Shown here piece after piece: positions 32,201-40,813 of a DNA stretch of 64,000 nucleotides. Numbering within the stretch: the first letter of the stretch is position 1; each line of letters starts with the position of its first letter. This DNA comes from a virus (taxonomy: Duplodnaviria > Caudoviricetes), in the IMG/VR virus record IMGVR_UViG_3300009108_000480. One strand, 5' to 3'. Made by a program: the position numbers and the translations under genes. The notes beneath the pieces are model-generated. The model had not been told where the DNA came from and ran no database searches. It worked only from the letters and a program-made list of their open reading frames with translations.

Positions 32201-35200
32201 AACAAAGAATAATCTCCTGCTAGGTTTTTTAATTTTCCAACAATTGAATTCTCTGTGTTAAGCTGAAATCCGTTTGCTCCTGGAGATATTGTAATTGCTG
32301 AACCCGGTGCCCAAGGTTGCGTTGTCCAAAATAAAAATTCTTTAACTGACAATCTCCAATTTAATACTTCTTTTATTTCATTTGAAAATTTATCATAAAC
32401 AAAACCTTTAGATTCTAACCATTTTCCATATCCCATTAAAAAATCTACAACTTGTTGAATTGTATCAAATACATGACCATATGGAATAACTTGTGTTGTT
32501 GTTTGATAATTCTGATAAATTATTGCTTCTGCATCTGATACAATAACTTTTTGACCTGTTATGCTTTTTATAGGATAATAAAAATTAAAATATGGTTTTG
32601 TAGTAGAATATCCTAATACTTTCCACCCACCTAATAATGTTGATCCATCAATTGATGTGTCTGTATTCTTTTCAATTAACACTCCTGAATAATTAAAACT
32701 GTTTACAGGATTTGACGTTCTAAATAATATTTTATAGTTTTCATCTGGTATAAATTTAGAACCTGATGTTGATCCTGGTGAAACTGAATCAGTTAAAACT
32801 TTTATATTTTCTTTATCAGTAAAGCCACCTAACTTATAAGCTAATTGAATATCTAATTGTTTTAATTTATTATAAAAGAAAGTTAATGGATCTAGATTTT
32901 TAAATATTAAATAATTTACTACAAATGGTTGATATCCCGCTGTTGTATATCTTGTTACAACTCCTGTTTGAATATTTGTAGAAGTTTCTAAATGATAGTT
33001 TGCTGTACTTAATTGTTGTATAATATTTGTATCTTTACTAATTAAATTATTTGAAATATTTTTAGTTAATCTACTATTATCAAAAAATAAATTAAAAAAT
33101 TTCGCTGGTTTAGTAAGAGCCAATGTTTTTATTACAGAAAAAGGATATGCACTTGATCTTCTCCAACTAGTTTCTGCTGGACCTTGGTCTCCAAACTTCC
33201 ATGCTTGGTTTCTGTTTGGCACATCAAATGTATTAATTAATTTTGCGGCGATCGGATCTAATAAATTTCCTGACGTATCTACTGGAATATATGATGCAAT
33301 ACTTGATTTACCATATCTACCTAAATGCCCTGCAACTGCGTCCCATAGTATTGTGTTACCTGATGTATATGGTGCCAAACCATATGTACTTTCCCAAGTA
33401 CTAGGTTTTTCTGAATATCCTAATATCTCCCACGGTCTTATATGTGGACTATCTGTATCATAAAAATATTTGTATATGCCTCTCCAGTGGCCTGGCAATT
33501 TAGCATCGTTTATTCTATCTGTTGATGCTGAATAATTATATGTAAACGGTGATCCTTCAACAAACGTTGTATTATTAATATATTGCACACCATTTCTGCC
33601 TGCCCATATATAAAAATCCGAACCCATTACATCATTTATTTCTGTTAATGTATATTCTGTTGACTTAAATGCTGACGGAACAACATCACCTATATCTAAT
33701 AATGTAGAATCATATTGTGTTTTAATATTATTATAAATTCTTTTTTCAAGTTCTAATATTAAATTGTCTCTTTCGTCTCCGTATGCTTTAATAAATGAAC
33801 CGTCGTGTTTTCTAATCATAGTTTGACTTATAAGATAAGTGTCGTCTGTAAATAATTCGGGTTTAAATTTTGGATACAATCCTAATTTAGTTGGTGTTGG
33901 AGGAATAAAACTTCCAGTTGTATCACTGTAATCTCTAATTTTAATAATATCTCCTGCAACAAGTGTAGATATGATATTAATACTATCATCGGTTGTACTA
34001 ACAGTATATTCTGTACCTAAAATCAACTGTACATCATTTTTATAAACATATACCGCTCTATTATTTGTTTCAGTCATTGTATGCACTGAATCAATTGCAT
34101 ATTCAGTTTCAGATGCATCTTGTACAGTATAAGTTCTTAATGAATAATTTTCTCCTACTCCAATCATATCTTCATAAAAGAAAGGAAATGTTGACCCACG
34201 TCCTTGATTTATTGCTATAATGATTTCATCAACTCTATCCGCGGCAATCCCTTCATATGCTGTACCAAGTCCATATGTTAAAAATGAATTATAAAATTTT
34301 TCATACTCTTGATTACAATAATCTATTGCAATTAATACATTTGCTTCTTGGTCTATTAATCCAAATACAGCAGGTAATAATGTTCCTTCGTGCTGAACTA
34401 TTAATCCTCCATTCAACGTTGCATCAGGATTATCTCTGAGCGATGAAGAACCTGGTATACTTCCTGTTATATCTGTATTCTTATCAAAAATATCTTTTAC
34501 GTGTCCAAGTATCTGTCCATATGTAAATGTACCTTTTTGTATATTCAATGGATTAACAGATAAATTTTCTGGTATTTGGTATATACCTTTATTTGAAACT
34601 TTTTTAGTTGCTGAATATCCTACTAATTTAATTTGATCATCTACTTTTAATTCTTTTACAAATTGAATATATTTGTTTACTGTTCCATTAACTATTGTAT
34701 AATCTGTTGTTAAATTTTTTCTTATACCATTTACAGTTACTGAAATTTCTAAATCAGTAAGAGAAATAGAATTTTTATAAAAATCAATTTGAAACAATTG
34801 TTTTTCTGTTTTGTCTACTATAAATGTTCTAACTACTCGTTGTTTACTTTCGTTGGTTCTTTTTACCCAAGCACTTTTTGAATTATGTGTTGTTAGACTA
34901 GTAGTATAATGCAAATGACCTTCAGAAAGATTTTTAGTTATAATATTATTATCCGTTCTATATGTAAATGTTCCTGCTGTATGATCTGATTCAAAAACTA
35001 TATCACCAATATTATTAATTGTATTATATTTTACTTTTATACCTAATACTGTATCTGTAGTTGCTGTTGTTGACGTTTTATAAGCAAAAACATTTGCTCC
35101 ACTAAAAGTCGAATTTGGATACGTTGTTGTATCATCAAATGATATATGATCATTATCCCACATACCAAACAGCGGTGCTTGATTTACTTTAATTTTTGTC

Positions 35201-36897
35201 TGCCCTGTTTTCCAAGTAGTTGTTGACTTATCATAATAATAAGTTTTACCTTGGTTTGCTGTTCCAAATTCAATAAAAATTGATTCGTTATCTGCAGGTA
35301 CGGCATCTGTAGCTTCGGTAAGATTAATTACTGACGTTGAGTCTCCGGCTTGTACAAAATTAATTACGTAAATTTTATTTTTTACAAGTGTATCGGTGTC
35401 TGCAGAAAATACTACTCTCATTCCATCTGCTACTGCTAATCCATCTATAATATAACCTGTTTGTGCAACTACATTAGAAAATGCATCAGTTGTAACTGTG
35501 TCAAATAATGTTACAGATGTTTTTGCCACAGTACCATGATTATATAAAGCAAGTCCCGAATCAAATTCTATAATTGGCCTTTTAGCTCTATCAGTTTCTA
35601 ATAAATTAGGTGTATAACCATTAGCATCTGCTGTTTCGTCAATTACAGATTTATGAAACCATCTATTATATCTTGACCAAGCATTTTGGTCTCTTGAATC
35701 TCTTTTAATTGTAATATAATCTTTTGTTTCCGGACGATAAAATGCTTTTGCATAAGGTCTAGAATCATACGCAATACTATCAAATAAAATAGTTGTTTCT
35801 GTAGCATATGATTCGGGAGTTATTAAATCTTCTATATTTGTAAATGTAATTGAATCTCCAACTCCTTCAACATAATATTCTTTACCTGCATATGTGCTAT
35901 CAGTAACATTAGATTCAAATTTAATTTTCATTCCATTTGATAAATTTAATGTTCTTAACGCATAATTTTTTGTACCTAAAATATCATTAGCAACGTCAAT
36001 TTTTGTTGTTGAACTTATCGTTCCAACAGTAAAAATTCCATACATACTATCATGATTGCCACATTGATAATAAAGTACATCTGGTGCCGTAGTTGGTACT
36101 GTAAAAGTAACTATACCCGAATCTGTTGCTGGGTTTATTACACCTGTTGTATATAAAGTAGAAGTTGATCCATCTTCTGCAACACCTTGACGATATGGTT
36201 CTGTCATTATATGGAATGGATGGCCTTTTGCGTCTACTTTAAATTTATAAGTATTACCTCTATATAATTTTATTTGAGGATTTCTTTCACTTTCTTTTGT
36301 TCCAAACTTCCATGCTCTTGTCGTACTTCCATCATCTGGCCATGCTGTTACATCAATTTCAACTAACGCCGTTGGTCCTACTGAATCTAATGTTATAGAA
36401 TTTGGACCTTCGGGCAACCAATAATATTCTCTATAATTGATTAACTTATCTAAATCAATGGCCGGGTTCCAAGAGTATATAACTTCTTTGTTTAGTCTAT
36501 CATGATTATCTACATTACCTCCAAAATATTTTATTTGATTAATATAATCATCATAGGTACCTGAAAATTTTACTTGGTCTTCTGGATTAACTGATGTTGT
36601 GTCTTTATCTGTGTAAGTTACTGCAGGCTCTAATTGATATGCCATTCTATCTCTATTAGTTGCAGACAGATATGTGTCAGTTATTTGTCTTGTATAAGCA
36701 TCTTGTCTACCAATATATCCATCTAATCTTTGTAATGCACCTTTTTGAATTAATGGATCAATAGTACTTGATAAAAATCTTGTGTTGCTATCTGTTCTAT
36801 AGAATACAGGTAAGTGTGCGATTGATCTGCGTAACTCAATTCCATCTTGAGTTACAACTTCTTGAACTGATTGTGAATTGGTTGCTTTATCTACCAT
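23284..36897 (-). CDS. Giant (4537 aa) baseplate wedge/fibre scaffold protein
   Basis: Directly downstream of the gp6-like gene; YINEVKPFHTKLRE wedge-type motif; carries cupredoxin-like, FG-GAP propeller, GDGST repeat and NNDGTK propeller modules. Confidence 0.8.
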   Translation of the reverse strand: MVDKATNSQSVQEVVTQDGIELRRSIAHLPVFYRTDSNTRFLSSTIDPLIQKGALQRLDGYIGRQDAYTRQITDTYLSATNRDRMAYQLEPAVTYTDKDTTSVNPEDQVKFSGTYDDYINQIKYFGGNVDNHDRLNKEVIYSWNPAIDLDKLINYREYYWLPEGPNSITLDSVGPTALVEIDVTAWPDDGSTTRAWKFGTKESERNPQIKLYRGNTYKFKVDAKGHPFHIMTEPYRQGVAEDGSTSTLYTTGVINPATDSGIVTFTVPTTAPDVLYYQCGNHDSMYGIFTVGTISSTTKIDVANDILGTKNYALRTLNLSNGMKIKFESNVTDSTYAGKEYYVEGVGDSITFTNIEDLITPESYATETTILFDSIAYDSRPYAKAFYRPETKDYITIKRDSRDQNAWSRYNRWFHKSVIDETADANGYTPNLLETDRAKRPIIEFDSGLALYNHGTVAKTSVTLFDTVTTDAFSNVVAQTGYIIDGLAVADGMRVVFSADTDTLVKNKIYVINFVQAGDSTSVINLTEATDAVPADNESIFIEFGTANQGKTYYYDKSTTTWKTGQTKIKVNQAPLFGMWDNDHISFDDTTTYPNSTFSGANVFAYKTSTTATTDTVLGIKVKYNTINNIGDIVFESDHTAGTFTYRTDNNIITKNLSEGHLHYTTSLTTHNSKSAWVKRTNESKQRVVRTFIVDKTEKQLFQIDFYKNSISLTDLEISVTVNGIRKNLTTDYTIVNGTVNKYIQFVKELKVDDQIKLVGYSATKKVSNKGIYQIPENLSVNPLNIQKGTFTYGQILGHVKDIFDKNTDITGSIPGSSSLRDNPDATLNGGLIVQHEGTLLPAVFGLIDQEANVLIAIDYCNQEYEKFYNSFLTYGLGTAYEGIAADRVDEIIIAINQGRGSTFPFFYEDMIGVGENYSLRTYTVQDASETEYAIDSVHTMTETNNRAVYVYKNDVQLILGTEYTVSTTDDSINIISTLVAGDIIKIRDYSDTTGSFIPPTPTKLGLYPKFKPELFTDDTYLISQTMIRKHDGSFIKAYGDERDNLILELEKRIYNNIKTQYDSTLLDIGDVVPSAFKSTEYTLTEINDVMGSDFYIWAGRNGVQYINNTTFVEGSPFTYNYSASTDRINDAKLPGHWRGIYKYFYDTDSPHIRPWEILGYSEKPSTWESTYGLAPYTSGNTILWDAVAGHLGRYGKSSIASYIPVDTSGNLLDPIAAKLINTFDVPNRNQAWKFGDQGPAETSWRRSSAYPFSVIKTLALTKPAKFFNLFFDNSRLTKNISNNLISKDTNIIQQLSTANYHLETSTNIQTGVVTRYTTAGYQPFVVNYLIFKNLDPLTFFYNKLKQLDIQLAYKLGGFTDKENIKVLTDSVSPGSTSGSKFIPDENYKILFRTSNPVNSFNYSGVLIEKNTDTSIDGSTLLGGWKVLGYSTTKPYFNFYYPIKSITGQKVIVSDAEAIIYQNYQTTTQVIPYGHVFDTIQQVVDFLMGYGKWLESKGFVYDKFSNEIKEVLNWRLSVKEFLFWTTQPWAPGSAITISPGANGFQLNTENSIVGKLKNLAGDYSLLDAGGRKIDIVNVSTKRLGKNFEISIKDPDIGLYNIALNTVQKEHILLFDNTTVFSDIIYEPYTGYRQARLKLVGWKTSNWTGDYHAPGFMFDAAQVTYWLKNTDYKIGDTVEYQGKFYVAKINHNSSTTFVNESWIQKSEKPKLQLIPNFDYKISRFNDFYSLESNNFDESQQGLAQHLIGYQSRDYLENLFVNDISQYKFYQGYIQEKGTQNAIDKLLKAKYEGQNISLDLYPEWMIRTGKIGNTDLKESIQIVLDDDEFTANSQSIELFDTSNETQQYARSVYVDKNNLYSKPVEYIASTTFSRYSYATEGVDRDTVQVLPNAGYPQLNQVQRTAYNIEDLLELDLTLTSSNDLIWVANKTNNDWDVFRLTLSGYKIAQLKPINGNTQLEITFTSSHDLVAGSSTTMADYFAITNSKTVELNGVYTVQSAPTHKTVIVDYTDTISEISTFTPLEDGSTADSYGNIYKFISVRLASMDNVNDVLSYNVYNDLNDSISKEGDKVFADADASGLWRVYEKQDPYTQIRMLSPDTTAEQDFGYQIVARNDGRSVIISSPTKGQGTVHFLFRRESTAGTTFLTQSAVTTTSGSDNTSRLGSSLSMSTDENFVVAGGPYANSLGSDGSTRFSDAGLIKIFLWNTSTFKYDPLVTKLPPTDAASQNFGWAHKICEPGASSVRSTPVKYLFVSAPGVGTNAGAVYMYEWGIGEDLSTYDTWTQNLTITSSDPGENKRFGHRLQANDNGDILAVSSKAPGQAGKVEIYTRISQSSDDSTSHSFALAQTLTGTTADGSSLNTQFGESLTMTKDGTVLVVGAPGFDDSSQADVGAIYYYKWNADGSTNTYTLQQTIKAPDEQTNSKFGSTVDINDTGTRLVIGAEKMSNHREQKFDLGETTFDLQDTRFIDENLGSGAAYTATMYNTKFVIDDILVTTSVSANDDFGRGVCVIDQTVFVGAPEDEGNTSADGSSMVSNDGTVTCFDLTTNDTYAWKEISSETALIDINKLGQVFHFNKNSKQILNYFDLYDPVKGRILGIADREINIKTTWDPASYNAGTNPKEKVAWAEDHIGEIWWDLSKVKWLWYEQGDQEFKINNWGKVFPGSSIDIYEWTESTMLPHEWNDLAGTTPGSSQGISGIPLHPDNSHYTVKQIYNSALDGFVNYYYYWVRNKQSMPTNSVVVRKNTASYISNIILNPLNSDIRHYSITDVNKMLVFGAKQDLSNDEVILNVDTRTNTFEGGAHSIWKLVREGDKFYRPGTQIETRWWDSLIGSNLIGDIVPDINLPVNEKYGNNIRPRQSWYVNRFNALKEIIDYANSILKVNELSGTINLDNLNSEDPEPTAESLEWDAKVATYAELTYIDTRDLSGTLNYLVEADETVNGYWSIYKWDGSTWSRTKVQTFNTKNYWSYIDWYKTTGTMVHDENTSIDKQVTYQYELDALTLATGKHVKVTSADTGGWKIFMKTSTGWENVATENGTLRLSTKLYDYTQDATGFADADNFDDNFFDQEPAIETRKILTALRDDLFINELAVEYNTLFFIGLKRVLSEQTYVDWMFKTSFINARNSVRTLDQRKTYTTGTDAWIESYINEVKPFHTKLREYKLGYTGTDTEDGINTDFDNPPFYDATTGTIRNLNVLGDATKQTEYPHKFWSEYYKKHVASITVTNGGSGYTAVPTVTILGGTTGSTGPFQIYDTAASGASAGSLGYYYPLYTTELQSNIADTQNGGTGTSRQFTFDSYSGTFYQPTSYVTYAQLIKSATYKMYTTPDTTAATATAIVKNGSVSAITVTGIGANYTSTPTVIISGGLVDGTNPTDQAKAYANLGNDLVRDFSTTVKFDRISSTSRVQDWTALSSYAYGDLIRYKNQLYKATSAFTATTDFDDNDGNVYKVYGDETGLSAADRTKGFYTPASGMPGNELSQLMTGVDYGGTMVTGLLFTQGQGWDKSGWYDYAWDHYGTSKIKTFYGDGSTVAFTFTTAPATTEVYQIYVAGTLTTDVFRGDGSTTTFTLSSAPADGAVIKFILFDDDGVLTPTDDRTLDSIVKGGLFNSALGTSPSDILLEGDEFVSPDTSYAPEEAVPGQMFDTVDIKVYTSPESGAPFITTKNYTGNGSTTAFSTGEYPGTLASVIVSVDGVTKKITTDYTINVANKTVTFGSAPANNSIISIRTFAISGENYRVLDTYTGDGSTVAYTTSTRENFNLDSSNSQIYITINGVPTTAYTTTSLAKSIIVTFDSAPAANAYVQVAGFNQTSATRAYAQIMSGTITYDGSTTRHTLTYPPGAIGPYSGLTLVEVNGKMLRGPDNTYYLGDGSTYNYGVVTGLEDDSTVDPSKTISAESDVQVFVNGVQKLLNTDYTVNIGAQTISMVTAPTVTDVIAISTLVDNHYYNEGNDIILIPSRITSPYSLSSSDVITVTTFNNALGTKLRREVLEGRSTGIFALRFDPLNAGYTTVWLNGTQLIKDHDYTLTGNIVTVVGKTITASDRLDVLYFALGSAVGATGFRIFKDMLNRTFYKRISKTSTTEIANDITPESSTIQVKDGTKLPEVTGTTPGVIFVDKERIEYFVKNGDTLSQLRRGTLGTGIKEHSSGVEVVDASGIQTIPYADTVYTDTHTGDGSTVGFTTTQALTSASQLDIFIGGQRLLLTSEDGSTINYSIGGFTNISSATFVRASTSLNSTDNDVRDVKWNNDGTKMFMLGRANDSVYEYSASTAFDVSTITYVRLLDIGVVSATQGDDAANSIEFNTDGTKLFVLGQGQDKVDEYALSTSFDLSTASFTHSFSVASQELLPYGLAFNNDGTKMFVTGWAGDDINEYTLSTGFDVSTATYSQNFSVSAQAGKPSAVQFNNTGTKMYVLNGTGAPTIFQYTLITAFDISTASYENTSFSTLTEEANPRGFCFNNDGSQLFVCGFTGDDINEYTCNAGIILSSPPADGTQVKILHKKGQVWYTGADGNPSNGQGLQASTTQQANFIAGEPTNAPE

Positions 36898-39800
36898 TAG
36901 TATCCTGCTCCACTACTGCCGGTGGATGCTCCCGATCCTGCTGTTGTAGTGGTGCCTGATACTGCTGAAGATGTTGATGTTGTAGTTGTTGTGGAAGTTG
37001 ACGTTACTACTGTACCCGATGCTAATAACTGATTGGCACCTAATGCACTTATAATTGTAACATCATCAACGGTGGCCCCACTGATAAAAATTTCGTCTGC
37101 CGCACAAGCAACCTGGAACAACGATCCAAAAACTTGTCCTGATTGATTTGGCACAATGACTACTGTTAATAAGTCTGGTGCTAGTTCATTATGTATATAA
37201 GCGGCTAATTCTGTAAAATAAAATGTGTCTCCAAAATCCCAATTGTCTAATGCAAAAAATTCATTTATTGCTAATATTACTCTCGTTTGGATAACTGCAT
37301 TTGTAACATTGGTATTTTGATTTTTTACAACTTTAAATGTTGCTTGTAATTCTTCATCTGCACTTGTACCAAATAATATTTTATATTTTACAGGATGATA
37401 TATTATTTGATCGGACATTGATTTTAATGGGTTAAGTATACCTGAATAATTTATTCTTAATTGATCTGAAGTACTTGCCACTGGTCTAGCTCCGCCATCT
37501 TGTAACCATATTCTATACAAGTTATCATACGATCTTTCTAACATATACACATCAACAATATTTGATACTGAAGGATCTATTCTAGTTTCTTGTCCTGCAT
37601 TATGCTTATATTGAAAGGTTAAAGACGATCTTCCACGTCTTCCATAATAATCTGTTGTTGTTGTTAATGTATTTGTTGAAGAACTATATTTTTTAACTAC
37701 GTTTTCTGCATCATCATAAAAATAAAATAATTGTTCATCAGCATATGTTGTACTTGATAATGTTATATCTGTTTCATTTTTTGACACAACAAAATTTGTT
37801 GCGGCATAAGGTTTATATCTTGAAATATTATCATATGAAATGTATTTTTGATAAAATATAAATTTAGCTGTTGGATTTGTATCTGGTTCTACTACTATAT
37901 CAAATATATCTGGATTATCTACAATACCATCATCATCGTCGTCATAAAAACCAACTTTTACTTTTCGATTATCTTGAAATCCATCTGCTTCAGTTACTGT
38001 ATCAACCACTTGCCAATTAATCGGATATCCAATTGAATTTCCTGTTGAAACAATTGAATTTGTTTTTAAAATTTTAATTGTATCTTTTACAGATTTTCCT
38101 GTTTTATAATCATAAATTTTTTCTTGTACATCATAGTGAAATTTGTTTTGTCCTTCTGATTCAAAAATATAATCTAAACTTCTGTACGTTACTGTATAAG
38201 TGTTACCATCGTTTGTAAATTTAAACCACCAACTTGCATCTAAATTTGTACCTGTAGTTGATCCTGTATTAGATAAACTGAATACTGAACTTGCAGATAT
38301 ATTTGTTGACGTTATTACTTTCCATACCTCATTATCAACATCATATCTCAATCCAAATTCTTCATATGCTTCAGTTCGATCAATTATATCAGTTTTTAAT
38401 GTGTTACTAAATGTTGTAGTAAATGCAGGAATTATAGCATTTAATACAGAACCATTAGGAATAATATCATTAAGTGTGATTGGTCCTACTCCTGTTTCTA
38501 AATTACCTAATCCTCCATTAGCACCATCACCTTCAACTGCACCAAGTTTTACCCAACTTCTATCTTCGGCATTATCGGTTCCTGCTGTTACTAAAGAATT
38601 GTTTAAAAATTCTCTTGTATCTGGGGATGTAAATTTTATTATTGACCCAACTGTTGCATATTTTAAATTAGACGTTGCATATGTTCCAGTAACTAAAGGT
38701 CCTACACCGTTAAAATATCCTGTATTAGTATTAGTTCCAGTTGTAGTTGAAACCCATGTTGCTGTTAAAGAACTTAAATCTTTTGTTCCATATTTCAAAT
38801 AATAAAAATGTCTTGCATATGCATTTTTTAATTTTGCTTCTACAAATGAATTTATTGTACTTAAAATTGTTTGACGATTTGTAAAAGTAAAAGTAAAAGT
38901 GTTTATTTTTTCTTCTCTATAAAGTATTCCGTCATCTGCAAATACAGATACATTTGAATACGCTCCGGTAGGATCTAAAATTTCTTTTGCTCTGGATATT
39001 CCTGATGCCGCTCTATTTACTGATCTTACTTTTATAATTTCTTGTGATGCTGACAAAGGCATAACTTGATAATCTTCTGCTGTTATCATTCTATTTTGTG
39101 CATAATAAACCTGTGGTGCTTTTTCTCTAATTGATGCATTTGATTCAGTTGCTGATGCATTATACACACTTGCTTTTAAACTCATTGTTAATGTAAGAGT
39201 TTGCTGTGCTCCGTTGGCATCTACATAAGGAATTCCTACTTGAATATTTTGCATTTCGGTTGGTTGAATAGAAAAGGTAGCATTATCACTAACTCTAAAA
39301 TATGTTCTAAATGCTCCTATTGGTAAGTTAGAAAAATTTCCATCGCCAAATACAAGATCTATTGCGTCATTATTTTTTGTTACTACATTGTAAATATTTC
39401 TTTCTGCTTTTGATAACGAATTATATATTGCATTATTTCCTGTTAATGACGGAACTTTTTTCCATTCTTCAAAAATTTGACCGAACTGATCTAATTTATA
39501 CAACCAAACATCACTATTATTAATGTTAGCAGTGTTAATTGATTGCACATAATTTGTAGTACTTTGACTTACTGTAAATTCAGTTTGGTGCATTAATCCT
39601 TGTTTAAATAAAAGAAAAAATCCTGTATTATTAGATGTGTCACCTGATCCATCTGTTCTGTATGTAAAAGTAAGACCTGATCCTGGAAGAGGATCTTGTT
39701 CGTATATTGATTCTGAATTTTCTATTGTTGATGGTACTATCTCAAACCCTCGACTTACTCCTCCTATACTTTTTCTAAAAGTAAAAATTGGTAAGTCTAA

Positions 39801-40379
39801 TTGATTTGTACTTAAAGTGTAAACTTCTGTTTTAATTCCGCCAACTGTTCCGGACTCTCTTGGTTTTCCAATACGTTGTCCTGCTGTATTGGCCGCATTA
39901 AGTATAGAAGTAAATTGTTCTCTATAATTTGAATTGGCACTATCATTCCATATTACAGTTGCATTTGCAAGATTTGATCCTGTTGAATCAATAACATCTT
40001 GCGTTGTTGATATTGAATCAACTTTAAGTAATCCTGTAGCTGGTTTATTTCTTTTAGCATTATAATTAATTAATCTTGCTAGTGTTAATACCGAATTTCG
40101 TCTTTCTGCTGTTTCTAAAAAATTTTCTCTGGCATTTAAATCAACTCTAAAAGATAAAGCCTGAGCAATATAGGCAATTAAATCAATAAGTGCTACATAC
40201 TCTGAACTTTCTACAAAGTCATTAAAGTCATCTGGATAATTTTCTCGTAGATATGCCACCATTGTTCTACGAAGTGTTTCGAAATCATATGATTTAAAGT
40301 CTGCTTGTTGGAAAGATTGATAGATCTTTCTCCAATCTTCTGCAACTAATAATCTATTTTGTCGTTCTGTTGTGGCCAT
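36897..40379 (-). CDS. gp6: Baseplate wedge subunit, T4 gp6-like
   Basis: DFETLR...DDFNDFVESSEY..LIDL.AY...ENFLETAERRNSV..LA..INY N-terminus; RMITAEDY motif. Confidence 0.85.
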   Translation of the reverse strand: MATTERQNRLLVAEDWRKIYQSFQQADFKSYDFETLRRTMVAYLRENYPDDFNDFVESSEYVALIDLIAYIAQALSFRVDLNARENFLETAERRNSVLTLARLINYNAKRNKPATGLLKVDSISTTQDVIDSTGSNLANATVIWNDSANSNYREQFTSILNAANTAGQRIGKPRESGTVGGIKTEVYTLSTNQLDLPIFTFRKSIGGVSRGFEIVPSTIENSESIYEQDPLPGSGLTFTYRTDGSGDTSNNTGFFLLFKQGLMHQTEFTVSQSTTNYVQSINTANINNSDVWLYKLDQFGQIFEEWKKVPSLTGNNAIYNSLSKAERNIYNVVTKNNDAIDLVFGDGNFSNLPIGAFRTYFRVSDNATFSIQPTEMQNIQVGIPYVDANGAQQTLTLTMSLKASVYNASATESNASIREKAPQVYYAQNRMITAEDYQVMPLSASQEIIKVRSVNRAASGISRAKEILDPTGAYSNVSVFADDGILYREEKINTFTFTFTNRQTILSTINSFVEAKLKNAYARHFYYLKYGTKDLSSLTATWVSTTTGTNTNTGYFNGVGPLVTGTYATSNLKYATVGSIIKFTSPDTREFLNNSLVTAGTDNAEDRSWVKLGAVEGDGANGGLGNLETGVGPITLNDIIPNGSVLNAIIPAFTTTFSNTLKTDIIDRTEAYEEFGLRYDVDNEVWKVITSTNISASSVFSLSNTGSTTGTNLDASWWFKFTNDGNTYTVTYRSLDYIFESEGQNKFHYDVQEKIYDYKTGKSVKDTIKILKTNSIVSTGNSIGYPINWQVVDTVTEADGFQDNRKVKVGFYDDDDDGIVDNPDIFDIVVEPDTNPTAKFIFYQKYISYDNISRYKPYAATNFVVSKNETDITLSSTTYADEQLFYFYDDAENVVKKYSSSTNTLTTTTDYYGRRGRSSLTFQYKHNAGQETRIDPSVSNIVDVYMLERSYDNLYRIWLQDGGARPVASTSDQLRINYSGILNPLKSMSDQIIYHPVKYKILFGTSADEELQATFKVVKNQNTNVTNAVIQTRVILAINEFFALDNWDFGDTFYFTELAAYIHNELAPDLLTVVIVPNQSGQVFGSLFQVACAADEIFISGATVDDVTIISALGANQLLASGTVVTSTSTTTTTSTSSAVSGTTTTAGSGASTGSSGAGY

Positions 40380-40395
40380 AATGCGTTTACTTCAA

Positions 40396-40403
40396 TATTT
40401 ATA
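40396..40403 (-). promoter_or_regulatory. T4-type late promoter TATAAATA
   Basis: Exact TATAAATA on the minus strand, 17 nt upstream of the gp6-like start; gp55 is encoded in this window. Confidence 0.7.
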
Positions 40404-40423
40404 GCATTAATTATATGCATATA

Positions 40424-40813
40424 TTAAGATAAGCGTAATAATGAATTTTCATCGAATTCGAATCTTAATTTTTCAGTAATGTTTAATGGTACGTATGTAA
40501 TTGTAGCCTGTATAGCAATACCATGTTCTGCTTCAGCTAACAATATTTCTTCAGTGCTTATACGTGGATCAGCATTTAAATTTGCTGTTACATCATCTAC
40601 TATTGCTTTTTTAAGCGGTTCTGTTAACGGTTCAAATATACAATCATAGATTATTGTACCAAATTCTGGATTTTCTACTCTTTCACCTTTTCTTACAGAT
40701 AAACGATTAATTAAATCTTGTTTTGCACATTCAAAATCATAAAGTTTAAAGTTCTTTTTATCTGCACGAGAACTAAAACCTTTAAATGTTATACTTTTAT
40801 CTCCATATGCCAT
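40424..40813 (-). CDS. gp25: Baseplate wedge subunit, gp25/GPW-like
   Basis: KQDLINRLSVRKGERVENPEFGT..YD..FEP...DPRI motif. Confidence 0.9.
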   Translation of the reverse strand: MAYGDKSITFKGFSSRADKKNFKLYDFECAKQDLINRLSVRKGERVENPEFGTIIYDCIFEPLTEPLKKAIVDDVTANLNADPRISTEEILLAEAEHGIAIQATITYVPLNITEKLRFEFDENSLLRLS

